Assembly: GCF_009914755.1 (NCBI RefSeq)
Contig: NC_060937.1
From: the human T2T-CHM13v2.0 reference genome, Homo sapiens
Length of the DNA stretch: 64,000 bases
Reading direction: 5' to 3' (one strand)
Shown: positions 31,701-49,500 of the stretch, one piece after another
How positions within the stretch are numbered: the stretch's first letter is position 1
How the letters are laid out: each line of letters starts with the position of its first letter
Notes under the pieces: model-generated
Databases searched by the model: none
Told to the model about the DNA's origin: nothing
Seen by the model: only the letters and a program-made list of their open reading frames with translations
Translations under genes and position numbers: made by a program

Positions 31701-34700
31701 TATATTAGGTACATAAAATATGAAAGTACATCAAATATAAATTATATACTGTACATAAAATACCAAAGTACCCCAAATATATATTATATACTGTACATGA
31801 AATATCAAAGTTCACAAACTATATATTATATACTGTACATAAAATATCAAAGTACCCAAGGTATATATTCTATACTGTACAAAAAATATCAAAGTACCCA
31901 AAGCATGTATTATGTAGTGTATATAAAATATGAAAGTACATCAAATATATATTTAATTCTGTACATAAAATATCAAAGTACACCAAATATATATTCTATA
32001 CTGTACATAAAATATCAAAGTACCCAAACTATACATTATATACTGTACATAAAATATGAAATTACATCAAATATATATTATATTAGGTACATAAAATATG
32101 AAAGTACATCAAATATAGATTATACACTGTACATAAAATACCAAAGAACCCCAAATATATATTATATACTGTACATGAAATATCAAAGTTCACAAACTAT
32201 ATATTATATACTGTACATAAAATATCAAAGTACCCAAGGTATATATTCTATACTGTACAAAAAATATCAAAGTACCCAAAGCATGTATTATATAGTGTAT
32301 ATAAAATATGAAAGTACATCAAATATATATTTAATTCTGTACATAAAATATCAAAGTACACCAAATATATATTCTATACTGTACATAAAATATCAAAGTA
32401 CCCAAACTATACATTATATACTGTACATAAAATATGAAATTACATCAAATATATATTATATTAGGTACATAAAATATGAAAGTACATCAAATATAGATTA
32501 TACACTGTACATAAAATACCAAAGAACCCCAAATATATATTATATACTGTACATGAAATATCAAAGTTCACAAACTATATATTATATAATGTACATAAAA
32601 TATCAAAGTACCCAAGGTATATATTCTATACTGTACAAAAAATATCAAAGTACGCAAACATGTATTATATACTGTACATAAAATATGAAATTACATCAAA
32701 TATATATTATATTAGGTACATAAAATATGAAAGTACATCAAATATACATTATATAATGTACATAAAATACCAAAGTACCCCAAATATATATTATATACTG
32801 TACATGAAATATCAAAGTTCACAAACTATATATTATATACTGTACATAAAATATCAAAGTACCGAAGGGATATATTCTATAATGTACAAAAAATATCAAA
32901 GTACCCAAAGCATGTATTATATACTGTACATAAAATATGAAAGTACATGAAATATATATTTTATTCTGTACATAAAATATCAAAGTACACCAAATATATA
33001 TTCTATAGTGTACATAAAATATCAAAGTACCCAGACTATACATTATATACTGTACATAAAACATGAAATTACATCCAATATATATTATATTTGGTACATA
33101 AAATATGAAAGTACATCAAATATAAATTATATACTGTACATAAAATACCAAAGTACCCCAAATATATATTATATACTGTACATGAAATATCAAAGTTCAC
33201 AAACTATATATTATATACTGTACATAAAATATCAAAGTACCCAAGGTATATATTCTATACTGTACAAAAAATATCAAAGTTCCCAAAGCATGTATTATAT
33301 ACTGTTAATAAAATATGAAAGTACATCAAATATATATTTAATTCTGTACATAAAATATCAAAGTACACCAAATATATATTCTATAGTGTACATAAAATAT
33401 CAAAGTACCCAAACTATACATTATATACTGTACATAAAATATGAAATTACATCAAATATATATTTTATTAGGTACATAAAATATGAAAGTACATCAAATA
33501 TATATTATATACTGTACATAAAATACCAAAGTACCCCAAATACATATTATATACTGTACATGAAATATCAAAGTTCACAAACTATATATTGTATACTGTA
33601 CATAAAATATCAAAGTACCGAAGGGATATATTCTATACTGTACAAAAAATATCAAAGTACCCAAAGCATGTATTATATACTGTACATAAAATATGAAAGT
33701 ACATGAAATATATATTTTATTCTGTACATAAAATATCAAAGTACACCAAATATATATTCTATAGTGTACATAAAATATCAAAGTACCCAGACTATACATT
33801 ATATACTGTACATAAAACATGAAATTACATCCAATATATATTATATTAGGTACATAAAATATGAAAGTACATCAAATATAAATTATATACTGTACATAAA
33901 ATACCAAAGTACCCCAAATATATATTATATACTGTACATGAAATATCAAAGTTCACAAACTATATATTATATACTGTACATAAAATATCAAAGTACCCAA
34001 GGTATATATTCTATACTGTACAAAAAATATCAAAGTACCCAAAGCATGTATTATATAGTGTATATAAAATATGAAAGTACATCAAATATATATTTAATTC
34101 TGTACATAAAATATCAAAGTACACCAAATATATATTCTATAGTGTACATAAAATATCAAAGTACCCAAACTATACATTATATACTGTACATAAAATATGA
34201 AATTACATCAAATATATATTATATTAGGTACATAAAATATGAAAGTACATCAAATATATATTATATACTGTACATAAAATACCAAAGTACCCCAAATACA
34301 TATTATATACTGTACATGAAATATCAAAGTTCACAAACTATATATTGTATACTGTACATAAAATATCAAAGTACCGAAGGGATATATTCTATACTGTACA
34401 AAAAATATCAAAGTACCCAAAGCATGTATTATATACTGTACATAAAATATGAAAGTACATGAAATATATATTTTATTCTGTACATAAAATATCAAAGTAC
34501 ACCAAATATATATTCTATAGTGTACATAAAATATCAAAGTACCCAGACTATACATTATATACTGTACATAAAACATGAAATTACATCCAATATATATTAT
34601 ATTAGGTACATAAAATATGAAAGTACATCAAATATAAATTATATACTGTACATAAAATACCAAAGTACCCCAAATATATATTATATACTGTACATGAAAT

Positions 34701-35015
34701 ATCAAAGTTCACAAACTATATATTATATACTGTACATAAAATATCAAAGTACCCAAGGTATATATTCTATACTGTACAAAAAATATCAAAGTACCCAAAG
34801 CATGTATTATGTAGTGTATATAAAATATGAAAGTACATCAAATATATATTTAATTCTGTACATAAAATATCAAAGTACACCAAATATATATTCTATACTG
34901 TACATAAAATATCAAAGTACCCAAACTATACATTATATACTGTACATAAAATATGAAATTACATCAAATATATATTATATTAGGTACATAAAATATGAAA
35001 GTACATCAAATATAG
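22796..35015 (+). repeat. Copy 2 of the long-range internal duplication
   Basis: See copy 1. Colinearity ends where copy 1 reads gattatatac..agtacc (~12478) and copy 2 reads gattatacac..agaacc (~35022). Confidence 0.85.
28599..31622 (+). repeat. Recent tandem duplication of a 1512-bp (4 x 378) block
   Basis: The private variant attctgTTcataa occurs at 29695 and 31207, 1512 bp apart. The translations of ORFs 28599..30053 and 30111..31565 are identical. Exact breakpoints cannot be resolved. Confidence 0.85.
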
Positions 35016-38000
35016 ATTATACACTGTACATAAAATACCAAAGAACCCCAAATATATATTATATACTGTACATGAAATATCAAAGTTCACAAACTATATA
35101 TTATATACTGTACATAAAATATCAAAGTACCCAAGGTATATATTCTATACTGTACAAAAAATATCAAAGTACCCAAAGCATGTATTATATAGTGTATATA
35201 AAATATGAAAGTACATCAAATATATATTTAATTCTGTACATAAAATATCAAAGTACACCAAATATATATTCTATACTGTACATAAAATATCAAAGTACCC
35301 AAACTATACATTATATACTGTACATAAAATATGAAATTACATCAAATATATATTATATTAGGTACATAAAATATGAAAGTACATCAAATATAGATTATAC
35401 ACTGTACATAAAATACCAAAGAACCCCAAATATATATTATATACTGTACATGAAATATCAAAGTTCACAAACTATATATTATATAATGTACATAAAATAT
35501 CAAAGTACCCAAGGTATATATTCTATACTGTACAAAAAATATCAAAGTACGCAAACATGTATTATATACTGTACATAAAATATTAAATTACATCAAATAT
35601 ATATTATATTAGGTACATAAAATATGAAAGTACATCAAATATACATTATATAATGTACATAAAATACCAAAGTACCCCAAATATATATTATATACTGTAC
35701 ATGAAATATCAAAGTTCACAAACTATATATTATATACTGTACATAAAATATCAAAGTACCGAAGGGATATATTCTATAATGTACAAAAAATATCAAAGTA
35801 CCCAAAGCATGTATTATATACTGTACATAAAATATGAAAGTACATGAAATATATATTTTATTCTGTACATAAAATATCAAAGTACACCAAATATATATTC
35901 TATAGTGTACATAAAATATCAAAGTACCCAGACTATACATTATATACTGTACATAAAACATGAAATTACATCCAATATATATTATATTTGGTACATAAAA
36001 TATGAAAGTACATCAAATATAAATTATATACTGTACATAAAATACCAAAGTACCCCAAATATATATTATATACTGTACATGAAATATCAAAGTTCACAAA
36101 CTATATATTATATACTGTACATAAAATATCAAAGTACCCAAGGTATATATTCTATACTGTACAAAAAATATCAAAGTTCCCAAAGCATGTATTATATACT
36201 GTTAATAAAATATGAAAGTACATCAAATATATATTTAATTCTGTACATAAAATATCAAAGTACACCAAATATATATTCTATAGTGTACATAAAATATCAA
36301 AGTACCCAAACTATACATTATATACTGTACATAAAATATGAAATTACATCAAATATATATTATATTAGGTACATAAAATATGAAAGTACATCAAATATAT
36401 ATTATATACTGTACATAAAATACCAAAGTACCCCAAATACATATTATATACTGTACATGAAATATCAAAGTTCACAAACTATATATTGTATACTGTACAT
36501 AAAATATCAAAGTACCGAAGGGATATATTCTATACTGTACAAAAAATATCAAAGTACCCAAAGCATGTATTATATACTGTACATAAAATATGAAAGTACA
36601 TGAAATATATATTTTATTCTGTACATAAAATATCAAAGTACACCAAATATATATTCTATAGTGTACATAAAATATCAAAGTACCCAGACTATACATTATA
36701 TACTGTACATAAAACATGAAATTACATCCAATATATATTATATTAGGTACATAAAATATGAAAGTACATCAAATATAAATTATATACTGTACATAAAATA
36801 CCAAAGTACCCCAAATATATATTATATACTGTACATGAAATATCAAAGTTCACAAACTATATATTATATACTGTACATAAAATATCAAAGTACCCAAGGT
36901 ATATATTCTATACTGTACAAAAAATATCAAAGTACCCAAAGCATGTATTATATAGTGTATATAAAATATGAAAGTACATCAAATATATATTTAATTCTGT
37001 ACATAAAATATCAAAGTACACCAAATATATATTCTATAGTGTACATTAAATATCAAACTACCCAAACTATACATTATATACTGTACATAAAATATGAAAT
37101 TACATCAAATATATATTATATTAGGTACATAAAATATGAAAGTACATCAAATATAGATTATACACTGTACATAAAATACCAAAGAACCCCAAATATATAT
37201 TATATACTGTACATGAAATATCAAAGTTCACAAACTATATATTATATACTGTACATAAAATATCAAAGTACCCAAGGTATATATTCTATACTGTACAAAA
37301 AATATCAAAGTACCCAAAGCATGTATTATATAGTGTATATAAAATATGAAAGTACATCAAATATATATTTAATTCTGAACATAAAATATCAAAGTACACC
37401 AAATATATATTCTATACTGTACATAAAATATCAAAGTACCCAAACTATACATTATATACTGTACATAAAATATGAAATTACATCAAATATATATTATATT
37501 AGGTACATAAAATATGAAAGTACATCAAATATAGATTATACACTGTACATAAAATACCAAAGAACCCCAAATATATATTATATACTGTACATGAAATATC
37601 AAAGTTCACAAACTATATATTATATACTGTACATAAAATATCAAAGTACCCAAGGTATATATTCTATACTGTACAAAAAATATCAAAGTTCCCAAAGCAT
37701 GTATTATATACTGTTAATACAATATGAAAGTACATCAAATATATATTTAATTCTGTACATAAAATATCAAAGTACACCAAATATATATTCTATAGTGTAC
37801 ATAAAATATCAAAGTACCCAAACTATACATTATATACTGTACATAAAATATGAAATTACATCAAATATATATTATATTAGGTACATAAAATATGAAAGTA
37901 CATCAAATATAGATTATATACTGTACATAAAATACCAAAGTACCCCAAATACATATTATATACTGTACATGAAATATCAAAGTTCACAAACTATATATTG

Positions 38001-41000
38001 TATACTGTACATAAAATATCAAAGTACCGAAGGGATATATTCTATACTGTACAAAAAATATCAAAGTACCCAAAGCATGTATTATATACTGTACATAAAA
38101 TATGAAAGTACATGAAATATATATTTTATTCTGTACATAAAATATCAAAGTACACCAAATATATATTCTATAGTGTACATAAAATATCAAAGTACCCAGA
38201 CTATACATTATATACTGTACATAAAACATGAAATTACATCCAATATATATTATATTAGGTACATAAAATATGAAAGTACATCAAATATAAATTATATACT
38301 GTACATAAAATACCAAAGTACCCCAAATATATATTATATACTGTACATGAAATATCAAAGTTCACAAACTATATATTATATACTGTACATAAAATATCAA
38401 AGTACCCAAGGTATATATTCTATACTGTACAAAAAATATCAAAGTACCCAAAGCATGTATTATATAGTGTATATAAAATATGAAAGTACATCAAATATAT
38501 ATTTAATTCTGTACATAAAATATCAAAGTACACCAAATATATATTCTATAGTGTACATTAAATATCAAACTACCCAAACTATACATTATATACTGTACAT
38601 AAAATATGAAATTACATCAAATATATACTATATTAGGTACATAAAATATGAAAGTACATCAAATATAGATTATACACTGTACATAAAATACCAAAGAACC
38701 CCAAATATATATTATATACTGTACATGAAATATCAAAGTTCACAAACTATATATTATATACTGTACATAAAATATCAAAGTACCCAAGGTATATATTCTA
38801 TACTGTACAAAAAATATCAAAGTACCCAAAGCATGTATTATATAGTTTATATAAAATATGAAAGTACATCAAATATATATTTAATTCTGTACATAAAATA
38901 TCAAAGTACACCAAATATATATTCTATACTGTACATAAAATATCAAATTACCCAAACTATACATTATATACTGTACATAAAATATGAAATTACATCAAAT
39001 ATATATTATATTAGGTACATAAAATATGAAAGTACATCAAATATAGATTATACACTGTACATAAAATACCAAAGAACCCCAAATATATATTATATACTGT
39101 ACATGAAATATCAAAGTTCACAAACTATATATTATATAATGTACATAAAATATCAAAGTACCCAAGGTATATATTCTATACTGTACAAAAAATATCAAAG
39201 TACGCAAACATGTATTATATACTGTACATAAAATATGAAATTACATCAAATATATATTATATTAGGTACATAAAATATGAAAGTACATCAAATATACATT
39301 ATATAATGTACATAAAATACCAAAGTACCCCAAATATATATTATATACTGTACATGAAATATCAAAGTTCACAAACTATATATTATATACTGTACATAAA
39401 ATATGAAAGTACCGAAGGGATATATTCTATAATGTACAAAAAATATCAAAGTACCCAAAGCATGTATTATATACTGTACATAAAATATGAAAGTACATGA
39501 AATATATATTTTATTCTGTACATAAAATATCAAAGTACACCAAATATATATTCTATAGTGTACATAAAATATCAAAGTACCCAGACTATACATTATATAC
39601 TGTACATAAAACATGAAATTACATCCAATATATATTATATTTGGTACATAAAATATGAAAGTACATCAAATATAAATTATATACTGTACATAAAATACCA
39701 AAGTACCCCAAATATATATTATATACTGTACATGAAATATCAAAGTTCACAAACTATATATTATATACTGTACATAAAATATCAAAGTACCCAAGGTATA
39801 TATTCTATACTGTACAAAAAATATCAAAGTTCCCAAAGCATGTATTATATACTGTTAATAAAATATGAAAGTACATCAAATATATATTTAATTCTGTACA
39901 TAAAATATCAAAGTACACCAAATATATATTCTATAGTGTACATAAAATATCAAAGTACCCAAACTATACATTATATACTGTACATAAAATATGAAATTAC
40001 ATCAAATATATATTATATTAGGTACATAAAATATGAAAGTACATCAAATATATATTATATACTGTACATAAAATACCAAAGTACCCCAAATACATATTAT
40101 ATACTGTACATGAAATATCAAAGTTCACAAACTATATATTATATACTGTACATAAAATATCAAAGTACCGAAGGGATATATTCTATACTGTACAAAAAAT
40201 ATCAAAGTACCCAAAGCATGTATTATATACTGTACATAAAATATGAAAGTACATGAAATATATATTTTATTCTGTACATAAAATATCAAAGTACACCAAA
40301 TATATATTCTATAGTGTACATAAAATATCAAAGTACCCAGACTATACATTATATACTGTACATAAAACATGAAATTACATCCAATATATATTATATTAGG
40401 TACATAAAATATGAAAGTACATCAAATATAAATTATATACTGTACATAAAATACCAAAGTACCCCAAATATATATTATATACTGTACATGAAATATCAAA
40501 GTTCACAAACTATATATTATATACTGTACATAAAATATCAAAGTACCCAAGGTATATATTCTATACTGTACAAAAAATATGAAAGTACCCAAAGCATGTA
40601 TTATATAGTGTATATAAAATATGAAAGTACATCAAATATATATTTAATTCTGTACATAAAATATCAAAGTACACCAAATATATATTCTATAGTGTACATT
40701 AAATATCAAACTACCCAAACTATACATTATATACTGTACATAAAATATGAAATTACATCAAATATATATTATATTAGGTACATAAAATATGAAAGTACAT
40801 CAAATATAGATTATACACTGTACATAAAATACCAAAGAACCCCAAATATATATTATATACTGTACATGAAATATCAAAGTTCACAAACTATATATTATAT
40901 ACTGTACATAAAATATCAAAGTACCCAAGGTATATATTCTATACTGTACAAAAAATATCAAAGTACCCAAAGCATGTATTATATAGTGTATATAAAATAT

Positions 41001-43588
41001 GAAAGTACATCAAATATATATTTAATTCTGTACATAAAATATCAAAGTACACCAAATATATATTCTATACTGTACATAAAATATCAAAGTACCCAAACTA
41101 TACATTATATACTGTACATAAAATATGAAATTACATCAAATATATATTATATTAGGTACATAAAATATGAAAGTACATCAAATATAGATTATACACTGTA
41201 CATAAAATACCAAAGAACCCCAAATATATATTATATACTGTACATGAAATATCAAAGTTCACAAACTATATATTATATACTGTACATAAAATATCAAAGT
41301 ACCCAAGGTATATATTCTATACTGTACAAAAAATATCAAAGTTCCCAAAGCATGTATTATATACTGTTAATAAAATATGAAAGTACATCAAATATATATT
41401 TAATTCTGTACATAAAATATCAAAGTACACCAAATATATATTCTATAGTGTACATAAAATATCAAAGTACCCAAACTATACATTATATACTGTACATAAA
41501 ATATGAAATTACATCAAATATATATTATATTAGGTACATAAAATATGAAAGTACATCAAATATAGATTATATACTGTACATAAAATACCAAAGTACCCCA
41601 AATACATATTATATACTGTACATGAAATATCAAAGTTCACAAACTATATATTGTATACTGTACATAAAATATCAAAGTACCGAAGGGATATATTCTATAC
41701 TGTACAAAAAATATCAAAGTACCCAAAGCATGTATTATATACTGTACATAAAATATGAAAGTACATGAAATATATATTTTATTCTGTACATAAAATATCA
41801 AAGTACACCAAATATATATTCTATAGTGTACATAAAATATCAAAGTACCCAGACTATACATTATATACTGTACATAAAACATGAAATTACATCCAATATA
41901 TATTATATTAGGTACATAAAATATGAAAGTACATCAAATATAAATTATATACTGTACATAAAATACCAAAGAACCCCAAATATATATTATATACTGTACA
42001 TGAAATATCAAAGTTCACAAACTATATATTATATACTGTACATAAAATATCAAAGTACCCAAGGTATATATTCTATACTGTACAAAAAATATCAAAGTAC
42101 CCAAAGCATGTATTATATAGTGTATATAAAATATGAAAGTACATCAAATATATATTTAATTCTGTACATAAAATATCAAAGTACACCAAATATATATTCT
42201 ATACTGTACATAAAATATCAAAGTACCCAAACTATACATTATATACTGTACATAAAATATGAAATTACATCAAATATATATTATATTAGGTACATAAAAT
42301 ATGAAAGTACATCAAATATAGATTATACACTGTACATAAAATACCAAAGAACCCCAAATATATATTATATACTGTACATGAAATATCAAAGTTCACAAAC
42401 TATATATTATATAATGTACATAAAATATCAAAGTACCCAAGGTATATATTCTATACTGTACAAAAAATATCAAAGTACGCAAACATGTATTATATACTGT
42501 ACATAAAATATGAAATTACATCAAATATATATTATATTAGGTACATAAAATATAAAAGTACATCAAATATACATTATATAATGTACATAAAATACCAAAG
42601 TACCCCAAATATATATTATATACTGTACATGAAATATCAAAGTTCACAAACTATATATTATATACTGTACATAAAATATCAAAGTACCGAAGGGATATAT
42701 TCTATAATGTACAAAAAATATCAAAGTACCCAAAGCATGTATTATATACTGTACATAAAATATGAAAGTACATGAAATATATATTTTATTCTGTACATAA
42801 AATATCAAAGTACACCAAATATATATTCTATAGTGTACATAAAATATCAAAGTACCCAGACTATACATTATATACTGTACATAAAACATGAAATTACATC
42901 CAATATATATTATATTTGGTACATAAAATATGAAAGTACATCAAATATAAATTATATACTGTACATAAAATACCAAAGTACCCCAAATATATATTATATA
43001 CTGTACATGAAATATCAAAGTTCACAAACTATATATTATATACTGTACATAAAATATCAAAGTACCCAAGGTATATATTCTATACTGTACAAAAAATATC
43101 AAAGTTCCCAAAGCATGTATTATATACTGTTAATAAAATATGAAAGTACATCAAATATATATTTAATTCTGTACATAAAATATCAAAGTACACCAAATAT
43201 ATATTCTATAGTGTACATAAAATATCAAAGTACCCAAACTATACATTATATACTGTACATAAAATATGAAATTACATCAAATATATATTATATTAGGTAC
43301 ATAAAATATGAAAGTACATCAAATATACATTATATACTGTACATAAAATACCAAAGTACCCCAAATACATATTATATACTGTACATGAAATATCAAAGTT
43401 CACAAACTATATATTGTATACTGTACATAAAATATCAAAGTACCGAAGGGATATATTCTATACTGTACAAAAAATATCAAAGTACCCAAAGCATGTATTA
43501 TATACTGTACATAAAATATGAAAGTACATGAAATATATATTTTATTCTGTACATAAAATATCAAAGTACACCAAATATATATTCTATA

Positions 43589-46500
43589 GTGTACATAAAA
43601 TATCAAAGTACCCAGACTATACATTATATACTGTACATAAAACATGAAATTACATCCAATATATATTATATTAGGTACATAAAATATGAAAGTACATCAA
43701 ATATAAATTATATACTGTACATAAAATACCAAAGTACCCCAAATATATATTATATACTGTACATGAAATATCAAAGTTCACAAACTATATATTATATACT
43801 GTACATAAAATATCAAAGTACCCAAGGTATATATTCTATACTGTACAAAAAATATCAAAGTACCCAAAGCATGTATTATATAGTGTATATAAAATAGGAA
43901 AGTACATCAAATATATATTTAATTCTGTACATAAAATATCAAAGTACACCAAATATATATTCTATAGTGTACATTAAATATCAAACTACCCAAACTATAC
44001 ATTATATACTGTACATAAAATATGAAATTACATCAAATATATATTATATTAGGTACATAAAATATGAAAGTACATCAAATATAGATTATACACTGTACAT
44101 AAAATACCAAAGAACCCCAAATATATATTATATACTGTACATGAAATATCAAAGTTCACAAACTATATATTATATAATGTACATAAAATATCAAAGTACC
44201 CAAGGTATATATTCTATACTGTACAAAAAATATCAAAGTACGCAAACATGTATTATATACTGTACATAAAATATGAAATTACATCAAATATATATTATAT
44301 TAGGTACATAAAATATGAAAGTACATCAAATATACATTATATAATGTACATAAAATACCAAAGTACCCCAAATATATATTATATACTGTACATGAAATAT
44401 CAAAGTTCACAAACTATATATTATATACTGTACATAAAATATCAAAGTACCGAAGGGATATATTCTATAATGTACAAAAAATATCAAAGTACCCAAAGCA
44501 TGTATTATATACTGTACATAAAATATGAAAGTACATGAAATATATATTTTATTCTGTACATAAAATATCAAAGTACACCAAATATATATTCTATAGTGTA
44601 CATAAAATATCAAAGTATCCAGACTATACATTATATACTGTACATAAAACATGAAATTACATCCAATATATATTATATTTGGTACATAAAATATGAAAGT
44701 ACATCAAATATAAATTATATACTGTACATAAAATACCAAAGTACCCCAAATATATATTATATACTGTACATGAAATATCAAAGTTCACAAACTATATATT
44801 ATATACTGTACATAAAATATCAAAGTACCCAAGGTATATATTCTATACTGTACAAAAAATATCAAAGTTCCCAAAGCATGTATTATATACTGTTAATAAA
44901 ATATGAAAGTACATCAAATATATATTTAATTCTGTACATAAAATATCAAAGTACACCAAATATATATTCTATAGTGTACATAAAATATCAAAGTACCCAA
45001 ACTATACATTATATACTGTACATAAAATATGAAATTACATCAAATATATATTATATTAGGTACATAAAATATGAAAGTACATCAAATATATATTATATAC
45101 TGTACATAAAATACCAAAGAACCCCAAATACATATTATATACTGTACATGAAATATCAAAGTTCACAAACTATATATTGTATACTGTACATAAAATATCA
45201 AAGTACCGAAGGGATATATTCTATACTGTACAAAAAATATCAAAGTACCCAAAGCATGTATTATATACTGTACATAAAATATGAAAGTACATGAAATATA
45301 TATTTTATTCTGTACATAAAATATCAAAGTACACCAAATATATATTCTATAGTGTACATAAAATATCAAAGTACCCAGACTATACATTATATACTGTACA
45401 TAAAACATGAAATTACATCCAATATATATTATATTAGGTACATAAAATATGAAAGTACATCAAATATAAATTATATACTGTACATAAAATACCAAAGTAC
45501 CCCAAATATATATTATATACTGTACATGAAATATCAAAGTTCACAAACTATATATTATATACTGTACATAAAATATCAAAGTACCCAAGGTATATATTCT
45601 ATACTGTACAAAAAATATCAAAGTACCCAAAGCATGTATTATATAGTGTATATAAAATATGAAAGTACATCAAATATATATGTAATTCTGTACATAAAAT
45701 ATCAAAGTACACCAAATATATATTCTATAGTGTACATTAAATATCAAACTACCCAAACTATACATTATATACTGTACATAAAATATGAAATTACATCAAA
45801 TATATATTATATTAGGTACATAAAATATGAAAGTACATCAAATATAGATTATATACTGTACATAAAATACCAAAGAACCCCAAATATATATTATATACTG
45901 TACATGAAATATCAAAGTTCACAAACTATATATTATATACTGTACATAAAATATCAAAGTACCCAAGGTATATATTCTATACTGTACAAAAAATATCAAA
46001 GTACCCAAAGCATGTATTATATAGTGTATATAAAATATGAAAGTACATCAAATATATATTTAATTCTGTACATAAAATATCAAAGTACACCAAATATATA
46101 TTCTATACTGTACATAAAATATCAAAGTACCCAAACTATACATTATATACTGTACATAAAATATGAAATTACATCAAATATATATTATATTAGGTACATA
46201 AAATATGAAAGTACATCAAATATAGATTATACACTGTACATAAAATACCAAAGAACCCCAAATCTATATTATATACTGTACATGAAATATCAAAGTTCAC
46301 AAACTATATATTATATACTGTACATAAAATATCAAAGTACCCAAGGTATATATTCTATACTGTACAAAAAATATCAAAGTTCCCAAAGCATGTATTATAT
46401 ACTGTTAATAAAATATGAAAGTACATCAAATATATATTTAATTCTGTACATAAAATATCAAAGTACACCAAATATATATTCTATAGTGTACATAAAATAT

Positions 46501-49500
46501 CAAAGTACCCAAACTATACATTATATACTGTACATAAAATATGAAATTACATCAAATATATATTATATTAGGTACATAAAATATGAAAGTACATCAAATA
46601 TATATTATATACTGTACATAAAATACCAAAGTACCCCAAATACATATTATATACTGTACATGAAATATCAAAGTTCACAAACTATATATTGTATACTGTA
46701 CATAAAATATCAAAGTACCGAAGGGATATATTCTATACTGTACAAAAAATATCAAAGTACCCAAAGCATGTATTATATACTGTACATAAAATATGAAAGT
46801 ACATGAAATATATATTTTATTCTGTACATAAAATATCAAAGTACACCAAATATATATTCTATAGTGTACATAAAATATCAAAGTACCCAGACTATACATT
46901 ATATACTGTACATAAAACATGAAATTACATCCAATATATATTATATTAGGTACATAAAATATGAAAGTACATCAAATATAAATTATATACTGTACATAAA
47001 ATACCAAAGTACCCCAAATATATATTATATACTGTACATGAAATATCAAAGTTCACAAACTATATATTATATACTGTACATAAAATATCAAAGTACCCAA
47101 GGTATATATTCTATACTGTACAAAAAATATCAAAGTACCCAAAGCATGTATTATATAGTGTATATAAAATAGGAAAGTACATCAAATATATATTTAATTC
47201 TGTACATAAAATATCAAAGTACACCAAATATATATTCTATAGTGTACATTAAATATCAAACTACCCAAACTATACATTATATACTGTACATAAAATATGA
47301 AATTACATCAAATATATATTATATTAGGTACATAAAATATGAAAGTACATCAAATATAGATTATACACTGTACATAAAATACCAAAGAACCCCAAATATA
47401 TATTATATACTGTACATGAAATATCAAAGTTCACAAACTATATATTATATAATGTACATAAAATATCAAAGTACCCAAGGTATATATTCTATACTGTACA
47501 AAAAATATCAAAGTACGCAAACATGTATTATATACTGTACATAAAATATGAAATTACATCAAATATATATTATATTAGGTACATAAAATATGAAAGTACA
47601 TCAAATATACATTATATAAAGTACATAAAATACCAAAGTACCCCAAATATATATTATATACTGTACATGAAATATCAAAGTTCACAAACTATATATTATA
47701 TACTGTACATAAAATATCAAAGTACCGAAGGGATATATTCTATAATGTACAAAAAATATCAAAGTTCCCAAAGCATGTATTATATACTGTTAATAAAATA
47801 TGAAAGTACATCAAATATATATTTAATTCTGTACATAAAATATCAAAGTACACCAAATATATATTCTATAGTGTACATAAAATATCAAAGTACCCAAACT
47901 ATACATTATATACTGTACATAAAATATGAAATTACATCAAATATATATTATATTAGGTACATAAAATATGAAAGTACATCAAATATATATTATATACTGT
48001 ACATAAAATACCAAAGTACCCCAAATACATATTATATACTGTACATGAAATATCAAAGTTCACAAACTATATATTGTATACTGTACATAAAATATCAAAG
48101 TACCGAAGGGATATATTCTATACTCTACAAAAAATATCAAAGTACCCAAAGCATGTATTATATACTGTACATAAAATATGAAAGTACATGAAATATATAT
48201 TTTATTCTGTACATAAAATATCAAAGTACACCAAATATATATTCTATAGTGTACATAAAATATCAAAATACCCAGACTATACATTATATACTGTACATAA
48301 AACATGAAATTACATCCAATATATATTATATTAGGTACATAAAATATGAAAGTACATCAAATATAAATTATATACTGTACATAAAATACCAAAGTACCCC
48401 AAATATATATTATATACTGTACATGAAATATCAAAGTTCACAAACTATATATTATATACTGTACATAAAATATCAAAGTACCCAAGGTATATATTCTATA
48501 CTGTACAAAAAATATCAAAGTACCCAAAGCATGTATTATATAGTGTATATAAAATATGAAAGTACATCAAATATATATTTAATTCTGTACATAAAATATC
48601 AAAGTACACCAAATATATATTCTATAGTGTACATTAAATATCAAACTACCCAAACTATACATTATATACTGTACATAAAATATGAAATTACATCAAATAT
48701 ATATTATATTAGGTACATAAAATATGAAAGTACATCAAATATAGATTATATACTGTACAAAAAATACCAAAGAACCCCAAATATATATTATATACTGTAC
48801 ATGAAATATCAAAGTTCACAAACTATATATTATATACTGTACATAAAATATCAAAGTACCCAAGGTATATATTCTATACTGTACAAAAAATATCAAAGTA
48901 CCCAAAGCATGTATTATATAGTGTATATAAAATATGAAAGTACATCAAATATATATTTAATTCTGTACATAAAATATCAAAGTACACCAAATATATATTC
49001 TATACTGTACATAAAATATCAAAGTACCCAAACTATACATTATATACTGTACATAAAATATGAAATTACATCAAATATATATTATATTAGGTACATAAAA
49101 TATGAAAGTACATCAAATATAGATTATACACTGTACATAAAATACCAAAGAACCCCAAATCTATATTATATACTGTACATGAAATATCAAAGTTCACAAA
49201 CTATATATTATATACTGTACATAAAATATCAAAGTACCCAAGGTATATATTCTATACTGTACAAAAAATATCAAAGTTCCCAAAGCATGTATTATATACT
49301 GTTAATAAAATATGAAAGTACATCAAATATATATTTAATTCTGTACATAAAATATCAAAGTACACCAAATATATATTCTATAGTGTACATAAAATATCAA
49401 AGTACCCAAACTATACATTATATACTGTACATAAAATATGAAATTACATCAAATATATATTATATTAGGTACATAAAATATGAAAGTACATCAAATATAT

